Shown here piece by piece: positions 22,767-37,600 of a stretch of 64,000 nucleotides of DNA; position 1 is the stretch's first letter, and each line of letters starts with the position of its first letter. The position numbers and the translations under genes were made by a program. Source of the DNA: Podarcis vaucheri (taxonomy: Eukaryota); NCBI GenBank assembly GCA_965113315.1, contig OZ220372.1, one strand, 5' to 3'. The notes beneath the pieces are model-generated. The model was not told where the DNA came from and ran no database searches. It saw only the letters and a program-made list of their open reading frames with translations.

Positions 22767-25613
22767 CTGTAAACATAACAAAGGCGGGGGAACCAATCAG
22801 ATACATGGTAACAAGATAAGCAAAATATGCTTAGGGGCTTGCTAAAATGGACATTGTCCTCTTTAGGAACTGTAAGGTTAACACAAACTTACCAACAATC
22901 ATATAATTATTTTCTACACTGGGGAATTAGGAGTATATATGGATAGTGAAGCCAGATTTAGATTGGTTTTTAAAATTATGACACAAGGCACATCTTCAAA
23001 GCTTCCTGAACTGTATGGTACTTTAAAAAAAAAAACAATTGTACTTTTTAAGAGCAACCTATTAATATTGAAACTAGAGGTGCTGTATTTTATTTCTGAA
23101 AGGACCAAACACATAAATGAACACATGTGATTCCAAAGTATGCTTTCTTGTACTGGTGCAAACTCAGTCCAATGGAAATACCATTTTACTTTCATTGACA
23201 GTTAACATGGGCCACACTTTTGACCATACTGCGTGGGGTGAACTTAGCTGTAAGAAGATACAGATGTAGCAACAGCACACACAAGGGGATTGAAGCTACA
23301 GAAAACTCTACGGTGGAAAATATTGCTTGCACCCCAGTTCCAGGAAATCAAAGCATGAGCCAAGAGGCATGCCACAACATCTTCTGCAACACTGCAAAGA
23401 ATTCTGAGGTACACTCTTGATTCATGCATCGCTTCCAATGTGCACTCTGAGTAGCCTCTGGCTACCATGTAACTTATGCGCTGCACATAAGGAGAGCAAA
23501 GCAATCCTGCTGCATGGAGCATGAACTGATAGATGGACATACCTACCCATGAACCATACGTTGCTCAAATCCACACAAAATTAAGAGTTTCTACCAAGTC
23601 ACTATTTTTGTAATACAACATCGTCGAGAGTCTTGCCTGCCATAATCGCAAGAGACCAAACCGGAAAGCTGTTGAAAGAGCAGCTGCCTGGTTTGTCTTT
23701 ATGTGCTAGTTTTGTGGTACTAAGTTTCTGAAAGAGCTTGCCTGAGAAATGTTCAAAAACACTGTATGCAAGAAAAATTACAGACTACCTCCATCACTAT
23801 AGTTCCTTTCCTGAAACTACCATTAAAGAGGTGCCAAGACTCAGCACCTAAGCATTGCACAGTAAATGTGTGCATTTAAAATTAGATAAAATTTCAGATA
23901 CTAGCTTTTCTGCTGCTAATCATTTGTTTTCAGTAGCAGAGCAACTGTTTGGCAACGATCTGTCATCTCAAGAAGATTGATGAGACGGCAGGGCATTGCT
24001 GAAGACCTGGTTGACTTTAGAGGCTTTCTGTAAACATTTATAGTTGCTTTGCTGAGCAATCTGCACAGCCCACACACTTTTCAGTCTTAGCTATTACTGA
24101 AAGCTGCTAAAAGAGCCAAGTATCAGATGGACCTTACTCAGAAGGTGCAACAGTTTCTATGATATTTGCATATGCAGCCATTAATTCTGAGCAAGTACTT
24201 CCAAGCATCTCCCGTCTCAATCTGTGCAATGGGGCATTGCAAGCTAAACAATTCCTCTTTAATGGCAAGTGTTAGGGATGAGTCACACATTAATTCAGAG
24301 GTGCAAAAACCAATGAACACAGATTTTTCCGCCTCGGGGTTGTTGTTTTCTTGGGTGTGTGCAAGTCATGACCCTACATCAAACTGCCAAGCTACAGAGG
24401 TGGAAAGAAAACTGTGAGTATTTCTTTTTATGTGGTTGTGAGGGCCGTTTCTCACCAACAGTTCCCCATTTGAAACCTATGTAGCATCGTTATTTTGTAC
24501 AGGTTTCACTGTCTCAGAAATAATTGTGTGATTTAGCCTGTGGTCTCCTCTATTTATCCACTTTTTGTTTGCCTGGGATTGATATATAATGAACTTTAAG
24601 AAATTCAGTGGAGACCTGAATGACCCTACTCTCTCCTTGTCCTAGGCCCTAGATGGTAATTAGCATCATAATTCCAGTCAAACACTCCCTTGATCTTAGT
24701 TGCAGTTCAAATCTAAAAGGTGCATTTAGGGAGGTCATACAGTTTGAAAATATTTGATCAAATATGTGCTTTGTCGTCCCAAGAGAACAATGCAATGAAG
24801 AAGAATGGTAAGAGGCAAAACAGAAACCAAATCTAAGATGCTATGCACAGACAAGGGATGGTAAGCCTGCTAAGGGACTACTACAGGTAGCAGACATGGT
24901 GTTAAGTTTTGTAGTCTTCAAGTTCCAATGGAGTTAATAAATCAGGGCATACTAAAATTCTTTCCCCACGTACTTATGATCTTGGAATGGTATAGCTACA
25001 GAGGTCTACACAACAGCTTTATTCAGATTTAACACTTAATTGTGGTGAATACGGAATACTGTGCATTGAAACAAGCCAACTTCAAACCATACTTTATGAA
25101 GCTGGCTTGTTTCTACTGACCATGATTAAGGTTAACCACAATTTAGGGTCTGCATGGCATGTTTCTGACCTCCTCCACCATGGCCTGAGGAGAGAGTGCA
25201 CAAAGCCAAGGCTCACTCAGGACTGCTCTTGTAGTATTCAACCACAGCTAACACTACATCCAAACATAATCAGTGGGATGACATACAGTGGAACCTTGGT
25301 TGTTGAACGCTTCAGAAGTTGAATGTTTCAGCTTTCGAACGCCAACAACCCAGAAGTGAATGCTTCCGTTTTCAAACGTGCCTCACAAATCAAACAGCTT
25401 CTGAGGCGTGTTTCTCCAATTTTTCAATGGATTTTGCCTACCAGCAATTGCATGTCAGTTGTTGAACATTTCGGAAGTCGAATGGTCTTCTGGAACAGAT
25501 TATGTTCAACAACCAAGGTTCCACTGAACTAAAATCAAGCCATGGGATTCTATATTCGTCACAAACAGAACAGTTCACTGCATAACACATGCATATACAT
25601 TCTCATATTCATA

Positions 25614-25689
<76 letters not shown>

Positions 25690-28600
25690 GTTATATATTT
25701 ATACACACTTTTAAAGTTTCCATTAGCATGAATTAGTATGAAATATCTATTTTTACAACAGCTTTCATAGTTCCTACTTGGGGGGGGGGGAGGAGGGGAA
25801 ACTGAAATACTGTACAGAATTATGTGTTGTTATTATTAATGACTACATTAATAATAAATGCCTAAAAATTATTAACGGCTCTAGTTATATTTAACATGGA
25901 TAAAAGAGGAGAAATACCTTCATCATTATAGTTTCTCTCCTGAAGTGGTAATTGCATCCAGCTCCTTTTAGGGCTTGCAACACCGCCTAAAAAGAAACAG
26001 CACACAACATTGCATTTCTCCAGTCCACAAATACTTTACCTCCTCATGGGAAAGCCAATATACTATATTTTTCCATGTATAAGACGACGCTTTCTGCTAA
26101 AAAAAACAGGCACAAATTGGGTGTCGTCTTATACAGTACATGGATCGTGAATGTAGAGGGGGAACGTGCGATTAACGCCAGCAGCAGGCAAGAGATTAGC
26201 AGCAGCGATTGGGCGGATGATTGGTGGCTGTGGCAAGGCCTGCTGGTGACTGGCTGTGGCTGCAGCAACTGGGCAGGCAACTGGTGGCTGTTGAGAGGCG
26301 GGCAAGCGATGGCGGCTGCGGCAAGTGGGTGGGTGGGCTGTTGGTGGCGGCGAGCGGGCAGACAATTGGCGGCTGTGGAGAGGTATGCAATCAGAAGTGG
26401 CTGTGGCAAGTGATTGGCAGCGGCAGGCAGGCAGGTGAGCAGTTGGTGGAAGTGACCTCCCCCATCCCCCCAAAAAGCTAAACAACTTAATTTCGTAATT
26501 TTGGGTTTAAAAAAATAGGGGTTGTCTTATACATGGGGGCGTCTTATACACAGAAAAAATACAGCACTAATGTACAGTCAACGTTCTTCAACAATGTTGG
26601 TCAACAAAGCATTCCCCCAAAATATTAACTCCTTCAGATTAGTGTTGAGATGTAAAGAAAAATATCCATATTGTACATAGAATCATAGACATATGGAGTT
26701 GGTAGGGGTTATGTAGTCCAACTGTATTCTCTCACTGTGAACTGTTTGAAAAGAAAGCTGCTACAACAGTCTACTCATAATCTATCTTCATCCATGATTT
26801 GTCACTGTCTCCATTTCAATCCTATTTGTTTTAGTTAGCAGGTATCCCTGTAGCTACCCTTCCAACATCTCTTGAAGACTCTTTTTTTACGCCAACGGGC
26901 CTATTTGGTTGTCTCAAAAGTTTTTCAAGATGACCCAGTCATTTTTATGATTATTTTGCATTGTTTTATTGTATTTGTATAGGTCGAGGTGGTGCAAATC
27001 GAGTGGTTAGTGTGCATAACAGCCAGCCATCATCTGCATTCATCAGACTTCATGGAGAATATGCACATAAATCTGTGCATGAAGAATCAACTGTACACAT
27101 TTCCAAGTAAATATACATAATCTCCAACAGGCCTTGGGGAATGTGGGTCTCTCAACCAAATCTTTGACACTTCCCGCGCAATATGCACATTCTCCACTTA
27201 GTAGTCTTCAAGAAACATGCCTTTTTCTTTCTTTCTCTAGTTCAGAAGTGTGACATCTGCACCCCCTCGGACTGCTTCTGGGCCACTGCCTAATCCTTTG
27301 TGGCCCCCCAACATACCCTCCCACTGATCAGTCAAGCAGAAGAGGAAGGGGCAGACCTCCAGATAAAGATCAACTTTTTTCTGCAGCTCAGCCTCCTTTC
27401 ACTTCTCAGCTGTTCCCTAGTCAAATGAGCAGCAAAAGCAGGGATTGCAGGAAGAGCAAAGCTGTAAGCTACCCCTGTTCTTTCCACACTCCTGAATATA
27501 ATAGCAACCATGGGGTCAATCATCATCAGAACTGCACACGAGGGAAGAGTTAACCAGCTGAGGAAGGGTTACCCAGCAGGGAAAAGAGGGCTGGAACAGA
27601 AAGAGCGTGAACTATCTGTGGTCCCACCCCACTGCTGGCAGATCTCCTCCAAGAGAATTCAGGTCCTGCTGGGGGAAAGGATGCATGCTCCTGCTTCCAT
27701 TGATATAGCCTTTTCAAGGCTCTAGGAACAGATACTGCCAAGTCAGAAACACAGGCTATATGCGTAATCCAAACCCTACCAGGGGGCATCACAGTCTAAC
27801 AGAATAGTAGGGCCAGGGATGCATTTGCAGCCCCGCTGCTCAAACCAAATGGGGCAAGAGGTGTGAGGAGCCAGGCAAATCCCTGTGCCAGGCTTGAGCC
27901 CAAATTGGGTCCAATGCCATCAAGTGGCCTGATGAGTATGCATGACAGCCAGTTGTTATGCACATTAGCCATTCAACTTGCATTACTCTCAACATATACA
28001 TTGCTTTAATATTTTCTATCAGTGGATGATATATAAATATGTTGAGAAACATATTTAATAGAAAGTTTCTGCATGCTTAAGGGAGCTGTCTACTTTTGGC
28101 TGTTTCAGTTTTTCAGTGTGGGGTCACATTGCAGGGTAATAGGAGACACTTGGGTATTTTTCAATGTACAGATTCACAGAAATGAAGAGTTTCTATTGCT
28201 GCTCCTGCCAAGACCCAGAAGCTCTTATTTAAAGCCATTCTACCTATCTAAAAAAGGTCCAAAATTGTGTAGAAAGTAAGCCAACCATTATGCTGAAACT
28301 CAGGATCCCTAAGCATTCCTTGAATGCGGCACGATGGACTCCAATAGGGCAAAAAAGCATCCTTGGCTGATTTTAAGGCAGGAACTTTTGTTGTCTGCCC
28401 TGAATATGCTGAAGCTGGAGAGCTTCTGGCACCTGACGATTCTCGGCTGCACCATTGATCTTTCCTCAGAGGCAAAGGATCCACAGTTTTCAGCCCAGCA
28501 GCTGGGGAAGGACTCAGTGGCGTATCCTCGTCATCCTGAAAAGACAGAGTTGAAAAAAGACCCTGTCACGTTGTGAAAAACTATGCCAATGCTGTTCACA

Positions 28601-31600
28601 GGAAATGAACAAGACTGTCCTTTTCCACTTAGTTAGCTATGTCTGGCTGCAGACATTGAAGTTACTTTAAATGAATGTCACATTTAACTGATCACTTCTG
28701 CACACACGAGTCCCTCAAACTAGATTCATGAGTGCATAACTGCAGGTTAATAGCTGTGTATGGAGGAGTTTTGGGCCAGTGAAAATAGAGGGGGGAAAGA
28801 GCTGAAGGGACTGCTTTTGAGATCATCTAGTTAGTCATTTTTAGAGGGACGCGGGTGGCACTGTGGGTTAAACCACAGTGCCTAGGACTTGCCGATCAGA
28901 AGGTCGGCGGTTCGAATCCCCGCGATGGGGTGAGCTCCTGTTGCTCGGTCCCTGCTCCTGCCAACCTAGCAGTTCGAAAGCACATCAAAGGGCAAGTAGA
29001 TAAATAGGTACCACTCCGGCGGGAAGGTAAACGGCGTTTCCGTGCGCTGCTCTGGCTCACCAGAAGCGGCTTAGTCATGCTGGCCACATGACCCAGAAGC
29101 TGTATGCAGGCTACCTCGGCCAATAAAGCGAGATGAGCGCCACAACCCCAGAGTCGGTCACGACTGGACCTAATGGTCAGGGGTCCCTTTAACTTTACCT
29201 TTAGTTAGTCATTTTAGAAATGATCAAAGATTGAATCGCATAAGTGGAGGTAGGAGCCTCATTCCGAGCATCCATCTCCAACCATCAAATGATAGGGATG
29301 GTTTACTATGACTTAATTTCACCAGAGGGAGGCACCAGTAGTGAATTAGTTTCAGACAGGCTTGCTTCACTGAGGCTGAGCTTGTCCTGTTTAGCACATA
29401 AACTTTGGAAACTGCATTCAATAGCATCTAATACAAATCTCAGACCGGCCCATTCCTGCAGACAATGTATCACTGGCACTCATTTTCAAAGGCTGTCAAT
29501 CAGTGGTCTAGGGAAGGCCATTTGCTTTGCATAGCTACAGGCCTATAGCACTGTTAGTCAATATTTTTTTAGGATCAGGAACAGCTGATTTGGGGGCCTC
29601 GGGGGCTCCCTCTCAAATAGATCCCCCTCTCTTGAGTTACCAGCCTCCTCCCACATATGAAATTGGTTATAATGTCCCAGGCAGGTAGACCCTGGGTGAT
29701 CCAGGAAAGGGTGTAGTAGAGACGTCCGGGAAGCCACGTACCCCTGACTCCTCTTCCACACCTCAAGCATAGTGGAAAGAAAAGGGTTCTCCAAATCTCA
29801 GAGCCTCTGAGGAGGGGCTGATAGGGAGTGCTTTCAGTCTAAACCATGCATTAAAACACTCCATCAGGGGTTAGTGCATGTCTGTGCAATGTTTAGCAAT
29901 AGGAATACAGAGTCTGTTATTTCCCCAGTTACTTCCATGACATTTGTTTGATAAAACTATAACTGCTTCACGGTCGTCAACAGATAACACTAGATAATTT
30001 GTCATTTTTATTCAGTAGACGTGAAAACAAAGAAAGTGAAAACAAAGGGTAATTCTAAGCAAATTTTAAGCAAAACGTACCACCCTGTTAGATTTTCTTT
30101 TCAAGTCTTCCCTTGAGATTTGACTTGCCAGGGCATGCTTTTCTGAAGACCCCTGCCGCACATGCAGCGAGGATGAAGGCTTCACTTTTGGAGGAGATAC
30201 TAAAACAGCACCTCCTACAGGAATAAAAGAACACACTATTGTTAATGCTGAATTTCCAGAAATAAATTGCTTTGTGTTCTTTTTATATTTAAGGGGTGTG
30301 GGTGGGTGGGTCTATATATCTATATGTCTCTGTCTTTATACTGTATCTATATCTATGAATCATTAAATGGTTACCAGCAGCTGGTGTTGTAAGGTCATGA
30401 TGTGTTCTTTGGGCTCCACCAAGTGCCCTTAGCTGTGGAGTAGGAAGCCTGCCACCCTCTTGTGAGGATACCAAAGAAGACTCTGCCATATCACCTGGAG
30501 AATTCATGTTTTCTTCTCTGAAAAATATGACAAAACATACAAATATACACATGGTAAAAAGTGTATCCTCTAATTTATTGGTGGCCATAATTAATAAATT
30601 GAAGAATCTTATTTTGTTTGCTCTCCCAGGGAAAGTTCTACATATTATATAGGCCATGAGCAAGAGAGAATGAAAACCACAAGAGAGCCTTCAAAATATA
30701 CAGTTATATCTTCATTTCTGCGGGTTTGGTTGGTTCCCACAAATATTCTAGGTAGACCGCTTAGGAATTTTACACATTCGGTCCAATAGACAGAATCATT
30801 CTTTTTATCCAATCTAAATTATTAATGGCTGTCTTACACCCATTATTCATTGGCCTCACAGATTTCCAAAAAGCGCCCTCCCTTTCACCATTATGGCCCC
30901 CATAGTGTTATCTTTAGTGCAACTTCGACCCCCAGTCATACTGGTTTTCTACCTGGTTTTCCTGTTCTTCTCTATCTTAAGAATGTGTCCTGTCTTAGTA
31001 TCACTACAAAACAGTCATTATGCTCCTAGTTATATTTGCACACCAAAACTGGTCTGGGACCGTAATAAATTTCATTTCATATTTGTACACCAGCAAATGA
31101 AGTTGGATCTACCTTGTCAACTTTCCCCATTTGCGATCTTTATCAATATCAAAGAGTGAGCACATACTTTTTTTAAAAAAATGATGCTTTCATATTTAAT
31201 ATGCTTTGAAGAATGTCACCAGCTGTATCTCTAAACCATTATCTCATGATTCTCATGTTACCAAGTCATGTGTTGTCAGCCATTTTCCAGCTGCTTCCCA
31301 TAAGGAGGAAAAAAACTAACATGGAAAGTAACTTTCAGCATGGTTTTTAGAGCAATTCCCAATTTGCAATATGAGTAAAATAATCCATGTGTAAAATAAT
31401 CCAGCAGGAGGTTAATCATTCTTTCTTGATACAACTTCAAAACATGGTATGGCATTACATGAACAAGCCTTGTACTCATGTGCTCCCACCACAACGTCCC
31501 CTGGCGTACTATGCTTAATTAGCTCATCACTGCATCCAAACAGGAAAACCATGGTTTATTGCAAGTCGTGCAATTCAGGTTTAGCAACAAGTGGCAACCA

Positions 31601-34600
31601 ACAGTTTCTGAATGAATAGTGATGCTTGAAATGTCTCCTGTGGCTAATTAGTAAGAACAAAAAAACAAAAAAACTAGTTCAAACTGAAATAGTAATTTCT
31701 AACCTCATTCATGTACATCGATTTGATTCCTCCATTACATAGTGAAACTGTCATTGCCCTACTTAACAGACATTGCGTGTAATTGTCATAACTGAACGAC
31801 GTTGGTTTGAAACATAATTTTAGATACTTACACTTGCTGGGTGTCTGTATTGGCATCCTTATCGTTTTCTTTCAGTTCTTCGATCTCTTCCGGTTCCGGC
31901 TTATGTTTCGCCCCCTCTTCTTCCTCTAATGCTGGTGACTGATTTTCCAGTTGCTCATCATTGCCTGGTTTGTCCCAAACCAAACGCTGTTTGACTGGAA
32001 CAGTGGCAGCGTCTGACATGCCTAATTTCCCAGTGTTGTTCAGCTGGAACTGTTTTGGCAATTCAGGATGTGGCAAGAGCTTTCTCTCACGGACGCTGTA
32101 TAAAGAGGAAGCAAGCAGTGCAGTGAATTCAGGATGTTCCCTTAGGTATTCAGAAATATACTGATCGGACTCAAACATATGATTAAAAGCAAAACTATCA
32201 TATAAAGTCTGATAAGTTTTTTACTTCATACCAACATACACATAGTTCAGCTTGTAGGGAATCCGCTAGGGTTTTAAACTTTTAAACGAAAGCCTTTGCA
32301 GCCAGTATTCAAAAAATTGCATAACCAGTACTGTAAGATCAAAGGTGCTCTGAGGGGCTTCAGGTCACACGAAAAACGCTTGAAACTGAGATAACTTTCA
32401 AGGCAAGTTTGCAAAATGGTACTGAGGATTATTGGTTAAATAAAAAAGCCAAAAGCTCATTGGACATGCCTGAGCCTAAAGTAAGTCTTTGAATTCCAAC
32501 TCCTGTGTATGTACTGTAATGCAGAATTTTAAACTTAGACATAGAAGGGTTGGATATGACTGCGGCCTCCTACTGAACCTCCTAATGAATAGGGCCAGAA
32601 GGGAAGTCTTCCCCAACCTGGTGCCTTTTCAGATGTTTTCAGCTAGAATTCCCATAATGTTGTTGTTGCTGTTTAGTCGTTTAGTCGTGTCCGGCTATTC
32701 GTGACCCCATGGACCAGAGCACGCCAGGCACTCCCGTCTTCCACTGCCTCCCGCAGTTTGGTCAAACTCATGCTGGTAGCTTTGAGAACACTATCCAACC
32801 ATCTCGTCCTCTGTCGTCCCCTTCCCAACATCAGGGTCTTTTCCAGGGAGTCTTCTCTTCTCATGAGGTGGCCAAAGTATTGGAGCCTCAGCTTCACAAT
32901 CTGTCCTTCCAGTGAGCACTCAGTGCTGATTTCCTTCAGAATGGATAGGTTTGATCTTCTTGCAGTCCATGGGACTCTCAAGAGTCTCCTCCAGCACCAT
33001 AATTCAAAAGCATCAATTCTTCGGCGATCAGCCTTCTTTATGGTCCAGCTCTCACTTCCATAATACTTCCCATAATACCTGAATATTAACCATGCTGGAT
33101 TGGGTTAATAGGAGCTGACACCCAACAACAACAACTGGAGGGCACTATAGGGTCACTCAGTTACTGGATTCATTTCCCCTCTTACCCCCATGTAGCATGT
33201 TCTTGTGTGGAAGCACAGATGTACAGCCTGCAAAAACCGGTCTTCACACACATACTTCCAACATGATCTAGAGATGCTGAGCACTTGAAATCAATTTTAC
33301 ATAGGCTACAGTCACGTAACAAATTTTCATGGAAGTATTTGTCATTAAAATCAAAGGGTTCTACTTCTGAATAAATATGTTAGGGTTGTGCTGCTAATAA
33401 AATAGCTATGCAATAAAGCCCACTGAACTTGATTTCACTTCTTGATTTAAAAAGTTTTCTGCCACAAAAAAATATTAATACACACACACACAAACATTCA
33501 TATGTTTCATTACTAACATTGTGGAGATGAAAAAAGGGAGAATTTCATGCCAAGAATGGCCATTTTAGCACGTTTTTTCTAGAGCAGTCCTAAATGAATT
33601 CAAAAAAATGAATTCACAAAGCGATATAATTGGAATATTAGAGGCTGTAACCACAAATTGCACTCATTTAGTGAAATGAATATTCCATTTCTTAAACTAT
33701 CATATTCCGGGTCGGCTTATTCCACACAGAATCCCTTACCCTGCAAGATCTAGAGCTCTGACATTGTTGCTAATGATTTCTTCAGCACTGGAATTCGAGG
33801 ACAAATCCCAAAGCCTGTTGTTATCTGACAGAATCTGATTTAAATGATCTCTGGAAAAGTGGGTTCCCTGGACTCTTCGCCTGTAGGCCTCTGCTTTCTC
33901 CCGAAGTTCTTTCACCTGGGTATGAAGATTTCACAAAGTTGGATTTTTTTATTGTGGTCTGTAACATTTGTTTAAAACTATTAATTCATTTAATAGTCAC
34001 AACTGACAGCACAGAGCAGCGTGACACAGAATACATGTACATGACCAGCGGCAGCACTAACAAAGAGCAGCATATATAAGAGTGCAGATACAGTTTTTAA
34101 AGTAAGCAAGAGTTACAAGCAGCCAAGCCCAAGCACAGCTGTTAAATAAATTATGCAGCAAGCACAAAAAGCCTACCAGCTATACATTTGCTTAATGCCA
34201 CATTGTATTTCATTTTGAAGGTTCAGAAATGTTATAATTGCTCCAAGCAGGAAGAACTTAGATGCAACCAACCTCCATATACCACATGGTATTTAGGGTG
34301 TTTTGAGAACCCTAAAGAAAGTAACACAGAAATAAAATAGCATTTATTTACTTATTTGATTATGTTACAGTAAATGAGATTCAATCTCACATGAAAAACG
34401 ATCCCTTTCCATCTGTTGGGATTGTGGTGTTATCCTGCCTCCTACAGTTTACTTTACAAAGAATGTGATCTACTCTCCTTATGACTTGTTTTGAATGGCA
34501 TTCTTAATAAACATCCCTATTTAAAACTATGCGTTATCAGTAACCAATCTGACACTTGCAGGATTAAATATTTGCATGTGTATTTCATGTAGTTAATGTT

Positions 34601-37600
34601 AGCCATGAATATACAGAATTATACAGAGCCCTGGTGTATCATAATTTCTGCAACAACACCTCTACAATATCAAAGCATTCAAACTGTTAGTGTTATGTTA
34701 ATAGTTAGAAACAGTACAAACATAGGGTTTTATCTAAATTCTGAGAGAAGACCCACTGATATTAATGGCTAACTTAGGTCTATTAATTTTTATGGGTCTA
34801 CTCCAAGTAGGATTTAGTTGGCTACAACCCATAGCTTTTACTTCCAGGCACTGTACAGTCATGTTTATTATTATAAACCACTTCACAAAATCCAAGGAAC
34901 TGAAAATCTTAGTATATTAACATATTCACCAAGCTAAGCAAGCTTTAAAATGCTTTTAAAATTACCTTTATATATTTCAGGGAATAGGATAGCTGGTATT
35001 TGCAGCACAATCTGACTAGATAGCAAAGATCAATGAGAAAGTCACTCTGTGCTTAAATTAACACACACTGAGATCTCCAAATATCAAGAAATTTGAGAGC
35101 TTTCTGACATCTGTCTGTAAAGTTTCAGTACCCTTTTACTAAACACAGATTTGGGAATTTGCTATTTTAAAGATCCATTTTTCTGCATGCAAAATTTGAT
35201 TGAAAAGCAAAAAACTGTAGCAGAAGAGATGCATGCATGGTCAGAGCAACCGGGCACCTTGGGAGGAGATGGGAATGGATATAGAGAATGCCTGTGGTGA
35301 ATTATGAAGAAACACAAAGAACACCTCAGTTTCACTATCCCAGCAGGTCATAGGCTCCGGAAATCCCTACTGTGATTATGAATTGCCCTGTATTAATATT
35401 TCAGAAGTCTAATTTGAGGTGAATTTATGCCAAAAGTAAACATACACTTTACAAAACACATAAGCAATTGCCTTCAGGCAACAGCTCCCTTGGAAAGGCT
35501 TTATAACTATACTTTCACGCTGTCACTCAGCAATTTGCAAAGAGTCTCTTTGGGGCCTGAAGCCCGGTGTCAGAAGGTGGAGAAAATTAAACACTGAAGC
35601 CCCACCTGAACTATTCATTTAAAGCAATACTGTACCACTTTAAACAAAAGGACACTATACCTGGAGAGTGCAAAATGATAGTCAGGAACCTATGTATCCA
35701 AGCAAGTCACTGTGCAAGCAAAACAACTTCCATGAGTGCAACAGGATTCCCCTTTCTCTCCTCCCCCACCCACCCCAAATATGTTGTGGGGTCACTCCCA
35801 AGCCTCTCGAACAGTTTTGGGAGTAGGGCAGGGAATGCATGGGGAGAGGAGAGGGAGGGGAAGTTCCACTAAACTTGTGGAAGCAGCTTCCCTTGCGAAA
35901 TGATTTAGTTGGATTCAGCCCTAAACCATTGCCATAGGTAATGAGAAACCCCACCTCACTGATGCTGTTGCATAACTTCTCCTCCTGGAGAAATTCAGTG
36001 AAATGGTTCCCACCACCACCAATTTCTCTGCTTACAAATAAGATGGAAATACTCAAAGTGATGACAGACCTGATCAGGTTTGTTTCCCCTGATACGTAAC
36101 CAGGCTCCATCTTTGTACATATACTGTGCTGGAGACAAGAAATTTGATCTGTATTCTGTGTTCATTTTCCTGGGAAAAGCAAGTTCACAGGGTGGGGAGA
36201 TAGATTTATTATTTTGCAATTATCTGATAAACTTTGTCATTGCTTCCTGCCCCCCTTTAAATCTTTCATCCTAATACTAAAGAGAGAAAATGTTGTATGA
36301 TATAGGTCCAGGCAAAACACTGGGAAATAAACATTACCTGTAGGAGAAGTGAGCTATTAGCAGCAATTCATTTGTAAAAAGAGGCACACTCTATCTCAAG
36401 TCCACCTTGAAGATATGGGGTGATTGGCTTCGCTCAGCATAACAAAAACCACTCAGCACATTCTAAGATGCACTGCTTTTTTATTACAGTGGTACCTCGG
36501 GTTAAGTACTTAATTCGTTCCGGAGGTCCGTACTTAACCTGAAACTGTTCTTAACCTGAAGCACCACTTTAGCTAATGGGCCTCCTGCTGCTGCCACGCC
36601 GCCAGAGCCCAATTTCTGTTCTTATCCTGAAGCAAAGTTCTTAACCTGCAGCACTATTTCTGGGTTAGCGGAGTGTGTAACCTGAAGCGTATGTAACCCA
36701 AGGTACCACTGTATATTGTTTCATGTATTGAATAGAGGTTCCTAGGATGAGCTTTTGTTACTTCTGGCTTAGTTCAGCCATGACCAAGATGGTTCAAGGC
36801 ATAGTCAGCCACTAATGTCCTCTGTGCATCTGCAAATCTCTCACTTAGTTTAGATAGAGCTATTGCACTGCACCCTATTAAAATTATGATATCCTATTTA
36901 GCCACAATTTGGAGATAAATCTTTAGCTTCCTCCTACAAGATGCTAGATTAAATAAATTGGACAAAAGATTCCTGCACTGCAGGGGTTTTTACTAGATGA
37001 CCCTCATGATCCCTTCCAACTCCACAATTCTGATTTTAAAAGGTGCCACAAGACGCTGTTGGTTTGCTGCACCAGACTAATGTGGCTCCCGCTCTAAAAC
37101 TGTCATGTGATACTTACTTAATATTTCTATGTAAGCCAAGTAACCTATGTTTTTGTTTTTGTTGTTTCAGCTTTGTTTCCGATTTGCTTAGCTTTGATTG
37201 ATCTTCTGCAGTCTTCAAAAATGTTTCCTTTTCCTTTTTCTGAAGCAAAAATTTCAGAAACACATTATTAATTTTTCCAGAGGCCTCTACAAGCTACATT
37301 TCTATCAGACATTATCTTAAGTCTGGACACTTCTCAATGTACCAGCAGTTTCGGGAAAATTTGAAATGTGAAAATGTTCAGATATCTTTAATTGAGGAAG
37401 AATGTTTAGTTGACATATTTTATAAACAGTAGTATCTCTCCAGGGTTTCAGACGGGGATATTTCCCAGCGTGACTTGAAGACGCCAGAGATTGGACCTGG
37501 GACCACCAACACGCAAAGCAGTCGCTTTTACTACTGAACTCTGGCCCATTACCATATGGGAAGCATCAAAATGAAATGAAATAAGAAGTAATATCAACCC

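Noticed and set aside
26044-26485. ORFs in five frames
   Set aside because: Low-complexity GC-rich core of a non-autonomous DNA transposon.
29558-29960. Possible extra MDM1 exon (78-aa minus-strand ORF)
   Set aside because: Exons 12 and 13 join in phase without it and the peptide does not resemble MDM1; it is more likely a degraded L1 ORF2 fragment.
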